NCBI RefSeq assembly: GCF_009914755.1
Contig: NC_060936.1
Source: the human T2T-CHM13v2.0 reference genome, Homo sapiens
Strand: one strand, 5' to 3'
Length of the DNA: 64,000 bases
The notes under the pieces were generated by a model, which saw only the letters and a list, made by a program, of their open reading frames with translations, searched no databases and was not told the origin of the DNA. How positions within the stretch are numbered: the first letter of the stretch is position 1; every line of letters starts with the position of its first letter. The translations under genes and the position numbers were made by a program. Shown here one piece after another: positions 37,089-64,000 of the stretch.

Positions 37089-38800
37089 AATGTCATGTAT
37101 TTATCATTTCACACGTCTGCAACTGAATCTGTAGGATAAATCCCTAGCAGAGGACGTGCAGGATAACTAGATAGGTATCATTTGTAATACTGGTGTGTAT
37201 TTCATCTACATTCTCATGCTAAGAAATATATATATATAGGTGGGTATTGCCAACATAAACTCTTCAGGACTTGTACTGGTCCACATTCCCATCAGCAATG
37301 TATGAGAAAGGCCAACTAACTCCTTGTCATAAACCATTTGCATCTTCTTCAGCCTGGGCCCAGAGTCAGGTCCAGATACTCTGCACAGAGTGTGGGAAAG
37401 GGGTGGGGTGTTGAGTCCTTGAATGTCCTGGTCCTGCTCCCCACCACCTGTGACCTCAGGCGCCATATATAACGGAGCCTCCACCCCTCGGGGAGAGGCC
37501 AGTCCCAGCTCAGCCTCAGCGTAACCTCAGCCCTGCTTGCTCTGCATGCCTGTGGTCAGGGAGGCTGGAGATGCTGCAACCCAAAGCCGGGTTTTGACTC
37601 ATCTCTCACAAGTGGAGCCCCGGCTGCCGCATAGGTTTTTCAGAGACCTTAGGCCCACTCATCTCCCCTTAAAGGGGGCCCTGGGACTTCCTGGACAGCC
37701 CTTTCCTACCTTTCTTTCCAATTATCCTCTCTTCTCCCCTCCTTGAGAATACATGTTCTGCCACCTATTTCTCTGTCTGCTTCTCTGTCTCTCTCTGGCT
37801 CCTTTCATTTCAAAACTTCTATTGCATCTCTCTGCTGCTTTTCTCTGCTCCACTTCTTCATAGGGCTATTTTACTTCCTTTTCCCCTCTGTTCCTAACTA
37901 TAGAATGGCTGAATCTACTACTCCATCCCACTCTTTTTACAAATGGAAACCTAAATTCCATGAGGCCAGGGTCACCCAGTGAACTAGGGGCAGGGCAGGA
38001 CAGGGCAGGGCCAGGCCTCTGCTGTGCTTTCTCCTTTCCTCCCTCCAACCCAGGCACTATCTCCATCAAAAGTTGTGTTCTCTCCCCACTAGCCCTGGTG
38101 GGCTCTGCCTAATCCCATTTCTCTTTCCTTAGGGGTATTCTGCAGTCTTCCCTTCTCTCTCTGGGACCAAGTGGTTATTTCCATTTTTCTGGACTCCATT
38201 CTGACTCCAGTACACACCCTGTGACCCCCCTCAGCAGCTGAGAAACAGAGCCTCTTCCAAACCCATCCCTACCTTCCAAATCAAGCAGAACCCTCTGCTG
38301 CCCACTGGGAGTCACAAGGAGGGGACGGAACTGAGCTGCTGGGCCTCAGTGTCCCAGGACAGTGGAGTCTGTGACCAAGGTGCCGATTAGGAAGAAGTCT
38401 GAGCTGAAGGCAGAGCATTAGGGATAGCAGCTGGGGGTGATGTTGGAAGAACCCTCCCTCAGTATAATCGGTATACCTGCCCTACTTCGGTATAGTCCTT
38501 GGCACATGGCAGGCACTCAGATGACAGCACTCATATACATCCCTGCCTCCAGACCCACTCATGGGAAACTGATGCAGGAGAGATTGGGCTTTTGGAGAGG
38601 TGGAGGTGGGGGTACTGTGAAACTGGAGGAGGGAACCAGGTCAGGGGATCTTAGGAATGCAGAAAGGAGTTCAGAGCCTTTCTCAAGTCTGGACAGGACC
38701 CTCGGTATCCAGGTCAGAGCCCTCTTCCCAAGAGGTTGGGACCAGGTGGGCCAGAGCTTGTAAGGAGAGGAGGCAGAAGGGCTGGTGCCCTGGTACTCAC

Positions 38801-38905
38801 AGGTGCGTGCAGAGCAGTCCTTCCTCTGGCGGCAGCAGCAGCCTTTGTGTACTGATCTGGGAGACGGCAGAGGAGGAAGTGACACTCCCCAGGGTGGGGA
38901 AGATT
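38801..38905 (-). other. ITGB7: ITGB7 non-coding exon 1 / TSS region (5' end approximate)
   Basis: CCT|gtgagt donor at 38800; PU.1/ETS motif GAGGAAGT 38873-38880; CACCC box upstream. Confidence 0.7.
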
Positions 38906-38999
38906 TGGGGTTGGTGGGGGTGACTGATCTAGAAGGTGGTGCAGATAGGGGTGGGGCTGAGCCAAGGGAGTGGACAATACAGAGATCTGGAAGAAAGAA

Positions 39000-40070
<1,071 letters not shown>

Positions 40071-41209
40071 AGAATTAGTAGGGATGAGAAGTAGCAGAGG
40101 TGAGAAGTGAAGAGGCTTTGAGAAATTCAAGGTCCACACAACTGGAAACTTGGAAGAGAGAGGCATAGGGCCAGGCTCAGAGCATGTGATTGGGGAACCA
40201 GGAGCCAACACAGTAGTGGATCCTGGGAAAGGGGTGGAGGAGGTGAACTGGGAGAAGCAGAGAGTGCAGGAACAACAGCTGAAGCCAAGGCAAGGATGAA
40301 GCCCGTAGGGAGAGCAGGAAAATATTAATGGGATTTGCTCCTGGCCCATACAGATCACTAAGAGCTTTGAGAGGGAACTAGACATGAGGTCTGTGTTCAC
40401 AGGTCGATCTCCCCTACCAGAAGGAGCACTCCTTGTAGGCAGGGACTGGCTCTACAAGGCTTCCCTGCTGGAGCCACCACACCTAGCCAAGTGCCCATCT
40501 TATAGTAGGTGCTCAATAAATGTCAGATGGATTGCAGAGGTGTAGCTGCTAGGAGGGGACAATTGGAGAGGAGGGGCTCTTTCTCTGGGTGGGCTTGGCT
40601 GGCCTCAGGCTATGGGATAGCCAGGACCTATACCCTTCCCCCACAACCAGGGGTTACCACGGCAATGACCCTCCTTCCCCACAGGCCCTGTGGTTTCCTC
40701 TAGAGCTTCTTTCACTTTCTTCTTCTGCTTTCCGCCCTCCACTCTTCTCTCCCCTACTCCCACATCCTCAACTTTTTTGTCATAACCACAGGTCACCAAT
40801 GAAGAGAGCCAGGAACAAGGTAGGCAAGGCACTGTCCCAGGGAAGGTAGGACACGGAGGAGGGGCTTGAGGGGAGTCACAGAGGGCGAAGGGAAGAGTAC
40901 AGGGTGCAGCAGTAGAGGCCAAAGGCACTGCAAAGGCGTGTTGCAGAGGGAAGGCGTGTGGGAGCAAGGACAGATATTCGGAAAGAAGGTAACAGTGCAG
41001 GTGGCAGTGAGTGGAGGTCATGGGGTGAAGAGTGGGAACAGAGAGGGTGGGGGGAGTAAGGTATAAGGTGATAGCAGGGTGGTTGGGGACAGAAGGCCAG
41101 AGGGCTCCCTGGGTGAGGGGCTGGTGTAAAACAGTAACACTGTAGCTTAGATGCGGGCTTCTTCTCTTCTGGGGCCAGGAGCCCTCATGAGAACTAAATG
41201 AAACTTCAG

Positions 41210-41940
<731 letters not shown>

Positions 41941-42181
41941 GAACCCACACCTGGTGGTTGTGGGAAACCCGGTCACTCAGGGTGAGTCCCCATGGGCTCC
42001 CTTTCCCCCATCCTGTCCCCACCACAATCCAGGCACACTTCATCCTGTTTTCTTCTACCAAGAAAGCTGCAAAGTCCAATCAATTACAAGCTTTCCCTCC
42101 TCACTCAGCTCCCTCACCAGGTCAGCTGGTCATTTCCCTACCACCTCCTAAAGGGAGCCACATCTCATGAGTTTCCATCAC

Positions 42182-42187
42182 TTTATT
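42182..42187 (-). terminator. RARG: Poly(A) signal AATAAA of RARG
   Basis: tttatt on + strand ~1.1 kb past the stop. Confidence 0.8.
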
Positions 42188-43274
42188 TTGCAAAAATAGA
42201 AAACTCAGCAATATGCGATACAGCGGGGTAGAGGGGAGATGTAAACAGAGGGGAGGGGACAGCACCCTGACCCCCCAAGAGAACACAGGGAGCCAATGGG
42301 AATCTTATTTGGCAGCTAAATACAAACTGGGGATTGGAGGAAGAAAGGAGGGGTCACAGGGGCCCTGGGCTCCCCCACCCAAGACCCCTGGAGGAAGGGG
42401 TCAATTCCACGGTGTAAACAAAAGCTAATAAATAAATAGAGGCTTCCTCTGGGTCAGCGCGGGATCAGCTAAGCAGCATCCCCCCTCCCTGGGCCAAGCT
42501 GCTCTGGGGAGTAAAGGGTGGAAGGCACTAGGGAGAGAGGGATCCCCTGGCCCCTCTGTAGTGTAGGAGGGTCCCTGCCCCAATGGCTGAGATGGAGGGC
42601 AGGAGGAGCCCAAGGCACATGACAGGGCTGGGGGAGGGACTTATAACGGAGGGCACAGGGTGAACTCTGCACCCGAGCCAAGAGGTGCAGAATGGACCTG
42701 CATCTATCTGTCCCTTTCACCCTCTGTTCCTGCCCCAGAAATGCAGGGCCCAGCCTGCCCCCACCTTGACCTGGCACAAGGACGGGGCACAGAGGCTAGC
42801 ACACACCCTGCAGGTGCATCACACAGCATTAGGCACCAAGGGTAGGAGCAAGAAGGTGGGCTCAGCCCTTCTCCTTTGTCCCCTTTTTGGTCTCTAGTGT
42901 TCCTGTTTGCTCTCAGAGAGCCAAGCACCTGGCAGAGGAAGGGGCTGTGGAATGGCAGGGTCTTCCTCTTGCCCTGGGAAGTCTAGGACCCATGGGGCAG
43001 TGCTGAGATTTTAGAGTCCAAACCCAGGCTCATCCCTTTGCCCTCTCTCCTGGTGGGAGCAGGGCAGGCCCCCGGGACTGGCGAGGGAGCCGGTTAGATC
43101 AGGAAGGGGATGAACACAGAGGCACCCCTAGAAACTTTGGCAAAAACAAGGAGCTCATTGGAAGGGGTGGGGAGAGGGCAGAGCAGGTCCTCCCCCAGTC
43201 ACTGGCGGTCTGGGAGATGGTCAGTCTGCTGCCTGAAGCCCCAACCCCCACAGCGGGGAGGTCAGGGGCCCTGG

Positions 43275-59143
<15,869 letters not shown>

Positions 59144-59589
59144 GGCAGCTGCGGTGTGAGAGTCCCCTGGGGTCTGCAGTGGGCGGGCGAGGTCTTCAGC
59201 CACAGCCCCTGCCCATGCCCACTGCCCCAGCCTGGGAGGCTCCGTACCCGCCCTGCCTGGCCTGCCCACTGGGCCTCCAAAAGTCCTAGGGAGAAAGAGA
59301 GAGAAAGGAGAGATGAGAGAATGACCACTCTGAGGTTCCAAGCCCTGTGACCCTCTCTCAGTTGCAGTCTTCTCCCTCTGTGCTGCTACAGTTTATCCTG
59401 CCCTGGCTCAGGGCCCTTGCAGTGTGGTAGAGAGGGCACGGCAGGGGGTTATGCAGGCTCTGAGAAACTCTCCAGAGGAGCTCCAGGAAAGGTTAAACTG
59501 AGGTCCCAAGGTGAATGATGGTCTAAGGACTTCTGGTGGAGAGAACTCCTAGATTGGGAAGTGATCATGAATCACCACAACTGGGCTAA

Positions 59590-60010
59590 GCATTTGACCT
59601 AAACCTCACATCAGTCCTGTGAACTGGGAGTTATGATTCTCATTTCACATATGAGGAAACTGAGGTGAAGTGACTGGCTTAAGGTCACATGGCTGCAAGT
59701 GGGGGAGCCCAGATTCAAACTCTTTACCATCCTGGAGAAGGCAAACATAACTCTGTTATAACCTGGGAGCCCTACAGCTCTCTGGAGAGGAGTACAAGGC
59801 AAAGGTTAGGGGGACAGACTCTAGAGCCAGACTACCTGGACTGTACCCCACCACTTGCTAGCTGTGGGACTTCAGGCATGTCACTTAATCTCTCTGTGCC
59901 TCAGTTTCTTCATGCGTCACTTGGGACTAATAATAGGGCCTACCTCATATGGTTATTGTGAGGACTAAATAAATTAACCAATGTCAAGTGTCTGGCATAA
60001 TGTAGGGCAC
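59590..60010. mobile_element. Two MIR elements in opposite orientation
   Basis: atgaggaaactgagg...aaggtcacatggc and ctctgtgcctcagtttcttcat cores. Confidence 0.75.
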
Positions 60011-60309
60011 ATAGGAAATGTGATGTAAATGTCTCATATTAGTTCTCTTTGTACCTTATTTTCCTCCATACTCTGCTTCAGTAAGCACTTCCCTCTCTGT
60101 TTTCCTCAACACTCCCTCTTCCAGTTTCCTCTCCCAATTCTTCCTGTCTCCAATTTTTCCTCACCCTGTAAGCCCTCTTGTACCCACTGCTTCAAATCTA
60201 AGGATGTTGATGGAGCCCCCACTTGTGCCAAGTGTATGATGCCAAGGAGCTGCTTCTTGGTCAGCTGACTTTACTTCTCTGCCTCCTTTTTTCTCTCTCT
60301 CTCTCTCTT

Positions 60310-60470
60310 TTTTTGTTTTGTTTTGTTGAGACAGCTAATGTTTATATTTTTAGTAGAGATGGGGTTTCTCCAGGTTGGTCAGGCTGGTCTCGAACTCCCA
60401 ACCTCAGATGATCCGCCCACCTTGGCCTCTCAAAGTGCTGGGATTACAGGCGTGAGCGACACGCCCGGGC
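60310..60470 (-). mobile_element. Truncated Alu (left arm)
   Basis: Antisense Alu consensus with most of the right arm missing. Confidence 0.85.
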
Positions 60471-62430
60471 ATTCTGCCTCCTTTTCTTTCTTATCCCTGG
60501 GCTCCCTGTTTCTAGGAAGTTCTCCCTGCAACCTCTCCTCCCCCAAAAGTAGGCTTCCCTCTAAGAGTTTAAACCTGAGCCCAGGGGAAGGGGAGGAGAA
60601 GGAGGTAGAGAGAGGAGATGGGAATCCTAGTGCTAAGTAGGTGGTTCCTATCTTCATCCCCTGACAAAGGAAAAGTTTGGCTTTCCTAGGAGCCCCAGAA
60701 CTTCTCACCTCTCTAGGCAGTTAGTGGGCTAGGGAGGAAAAGTCACCCCAGCCTGGGTATCTCCACCAGTCAGAGCCATAACAGACTGCTATGAAGGGCA
60801 GAGAAGGGCCAAGAGACTAAAATGCAGAGAGACCATGGGGTGGGCAGGCCCAGAGGTAGGGGATGGGTATATCTGCCTTTCTTTCCATCAGTATTTGCTT
60901 CTAGGATGTATAGCTCTCAGTCTTTATACCTCTGGTTTTTATTTTTGTTTTTGCTTGTTTTTCTTTCTCTCCTCTACCTTGGCCTTCAAGCCCTTGAGGG
61001 TAAACTGTCATGGAGGTTACAAGAACCCAGACCCCAACGCCATCACATTTCACTCAGCCCTTATGAATGAAGCATCCCCTGCCCCTCACCATGGCACCAC
61101 CCATACACCCAGCACCCTCAAACTCTTTAGCCCAGTGTCTTCGCAGGCCCTAAAAGTCTGAGCTCCAAGCCTCCAGGGTCCCTCTCCTTTTCCTTCTCCT
61201 ATTCCCCTCCGAAGTTCTCATCCCTAGTTAAGCCCTGATGGAGCCAGGAGTTTGGGGGCCCCTGAGGCCCCTGGGCCACAGCTCAACTGGCCAGGCCACA
61301 TTCCAGGTGGATTAACCCCTCCAATGACAAGGGTGAGAAGCTACTAGAGGACTCCCCCATCCCCATGTTCCCCAGACTTGGCTTAGACTGGGAACAGGGC
61401 TCTCTGCCTTAGCCCTCCTTGTCTTTGCTTCTCACCTACCAATGGGAAACACAGGCAGGTAGGGCAGTGGGGGTCCCCACAGAGGGATGCTCAGCTCCTG
61501 ATCCTCACCAAGGAATGATGCTGCATGTGAGCCAATGAGAGTTGTCCTTGGCCTTCCTCTTATTTTGCCTCAGAGAAGGGACTTGGGAGTTGAGTGAAGA
61601 GAGGAAGGGGGTAGAGATTCCTCCCATTTCTGAGCCTTGGTTCTGTCGTGGCTGGGAAGAGAAGGGGAGGGTCTTAAACCCAGGGTAGGAGAATGGACTA
61701 AGGAATTGAAGGCAGTGCAGAGTAAAAGGAAGTCCTAAACTGAGGCCCCAGGTGCCTTGGTTCTTTGGGGGACTCATGGAAAGTAGAGAACATTCTTCCT
61801 CTACTAAGATGCCATCTCAAATGGTGGGGCAGCGGGGATGACAGACTAGGGGAGAGGGGCTCTTACAAAGCTGCTTCTCTTAGAGCTGAGGTGGAGTTGA
61901 GGGGAGGGCATGGATGAAGGGGGCTGCCGGATGGAGGGGGGTGTGTTTCCCTGTCGCCCTGCCCGCTCCAGAGCCTGGAACAAAGCTGCTCTTGTCGGCC
62001 ACTCTCCACCCGCTGCCCCCCTCCCCTCTGTATAAACACGACCACCTTTTTCCATGACCCCATCTCCAGCCTGGGCAGAGAACCCAGGCATCCTCTGCTC
62101 TAGCCTGGGCCCCCAGCCTGCTCCCCAGGAGGCAGCAGTGGGCCAGGCTTCCTTGGCATTGTGCCATCCCTGGGGGAGTCCAGACCCTTGAGTCTCCACC
62201 TCTCATCCCCAGGTGCCCTCCCTCCACCCTACTAGCCCCAGGGAGGGGCAGTGCCCAGGAGGCAGGCAGGCAATGCCAGTGGAATGTGTGTGGGCATCAG
62301 AGGGCATGGACAGGGTGGGGCAGAGGGGGGAACTGGAGGTGCCAGTTAGGTGGCTTTCTGAGCCAGGGGTGGGGGTGTGCCGGGGTGTGGGGGGGCGTGC
62401 CCCATGCTGCCTACTAGGCTGTAGGCCACA

Positions 62431-62476
<46 letters not shown>
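62431..62476. repeat. (TG)n microsatellite
   Basis: Direct reading. Confidence 0.95.
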
Positions 62477-62480
<4 letters not shown>

Positions 62481-62762
62481 CTGTCTATATGGGATACCCA
62501 AGCTCCAGGCTCCCTGCACACACTACCCCCACTCCCCTGTCTTCTCTCTACTTGCCTCAAGGATATGAGATGCTGGCTATGGTCCTTGACCCCAACTCAG
62601 CATCTGACCCTAAGGGCAGAAGCCTCAGACTTGAGGATTGGGATTCCAGCTGCCCAGGACCAGAGCCCTAAAGCGGGACAGTCATCTCAGTTTCTTGCCC
62701 TGAAGACCTCCTACTCAGGCTCCCCTGCCCCCACCACCACTAACAACCAAGCATCTTCTTAC

Positions 62763-62829
62763 CCGCTGGCCGCCTGCAGAGACTGGCTTCTACATACTGG
62801 GTCAGGTTGAGGGAACTGGGCCGTAGCTG
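62763..62829 (-). other. RARG: RARgamma1 non-coding exon 2
   Basis: tctgtctttag|cag NAGNAG acceptor; CGG|gtaaga donor. Confidence 0.7.
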
Positions 62830-63399
62830 CTAAAGACAGAGAGGCAGCGTCAGTGGAACTCTGGGACCAGCACTCCTGGGTCCCTGTCCCGGTCTTCCTG
62901 CTCTTTCTTTGTTCCATTTGGGCTTCCCTCAAGAATACTCCAGAGGTGCCCCCCACCTTGGCTGGAGGGAGCCAAGGCTCGCACCTGGGCTGGGAACGTG
63001 TGGGAGGGAATCCAGCGCTTCAAGGAAAGTTCACAGATCCCTATCCTATGCACCAGTCCTTCGGAACTCCTGGACGCGGAGGGCCAGGCTCACTTGCCTC
63101 TGGACGTTTTCCTTGCCTTCTGATGTCCAAGCTGTCCCATTCCACTGGGGAGGGAGGAACTTGGACCAGCATGGAACATCAAATCTACCCCTCAGAGCCC
63201 GGGGGTAAGGGGGTGGTAGTCTTTCCCCGCGAGAGGAAACCCTGTCTTCTCTCACATTCCCAGCACAAAAATATAAGGAGGAATGCCCCCTGGCTGAAGA
63301 CTTCCCCAAATGCTGTCCTCTGCTATGCACCAAAATGAAGGGCAGATGACCCAGCCCATCCTCAGCCTGTTAAAATCTTCCCCATTCCCTTCCCACAGC

Positions 63400-64000
63400 A
63401 GGACTGGCCTGGGTCGGGGCAAGAAGCCCCCCTCAAGCCCGGCGGCCAGCCTGGCCAGCCTCGGGAGGGCATTCGCCCGTGCAGCTCCTCCGCGCCCCCT
63501 CCCCCAGCCGCCTCGCCGGAGGACCCAGGCGACGGGGCGGGCGAGCCTGCTTCCCCGCCTGACTCACCTGGAGTGGGAGGGGGAAGGGAGGCGGCGGAGC
63601 CCCGAGGTCCCGGCGTCGGGCAGTCTCTTGGATGGAGCGTCGCAATGTCCGGGGCTCGCCGTACTGGGGGGCTCCTGGGGGGGCACGGCTCTAGGCTGGG
63701 ACTGTCCCGGGGCCTCTCGGAGCCCGCCCGCCCACGTGACCGCCCCAAAATATCCGACACATTTTCTCCCAAACCGCACACTGACTCTGCAGGCGGGGAC
63801 ACGGAAAATATTTTCTTTCTTTTTCTCCCTCCCCACCCCCCCCCCAACCTCCCTCCCTGCCCAACTCCCTCCTCCCCCTCCCGCCCTCGCTCCTCCCTCC
63901 CCTGCCTGCCCCTGCCCGGCTCCCTCCTCTGTGCCCTGGGGCTGGGGGGCGGAGGGATGGGTGGGCGGGAGGGGGACTGGGCGGGGCGGCCCGGGACGCC
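63400..64000. promoter_or_regulatory. RARG: CpG island / RARG P1 promoter
   Basis: CpG-rich, GC boxes, GTCACGTG E-box at 63733-63740, G-runs 63938-63989. Confidence 0.85.
63568..63800 (-). other. RARG: RARgamma1 non-coding exon 1 (5' end approximate)
   Basis: CAG|gtgagt donor at 63567 within CpG island. Confidence 0.75.

Overview
Human (primate) genomic DNA, recognisable from the translated exons as the CSAD - ZNF740 - ITGB7 - RARG cluster (12q13 by recall). Contents: (1) the 5' half of CSAD on the minus strand (234 codons in 7 coding exons; the gene runs off the window start); (2) ZNF740 on the plus strand, complete, 6 coding exons, 193 aa, head-to-head with CSAD at a shared CpG island; (3) ITGB7 on the minus strand, complete, 14 coding exons, 2397 nt = 798 aa; (4) RARG on the minus strand, complete, with alternative first coding exons for RARgamma1 (454 aa) and RARgamma2 (443 aa) and the DR5 RARE upstream of the gamma2 exon. 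All coding exons were walked by hand and join in frame. The rest is Alu/L1/L2/MIR/MER/MLT repeats and microsatellites. No CRISPR, rRNA, tRNA or foreign insert was seen, and no new protein family. The best leads are regulatory: 4-nt tandem splice donors acting as frame/uORF switches in both CSAD and ZNF740, an inverted-Alu-bracketed in-frame 441-nt CSAD exon block, a sense-Alu and a MIR-derived 5'UTR exon, a 164-codon ORF overlapping RARgamma2, an unusually well-matched ~120-bp inverted repeat in the last RARG intron, an exact 23-mer duplicated at the convergent ZNF740/ITGB7 3' ends, and nuclear-receptor elements (DR4 made by a micro-duplication in an Alu; a perfect DR7 in RARG). Repeat boundaries and subfamilies are by eye and approximate.
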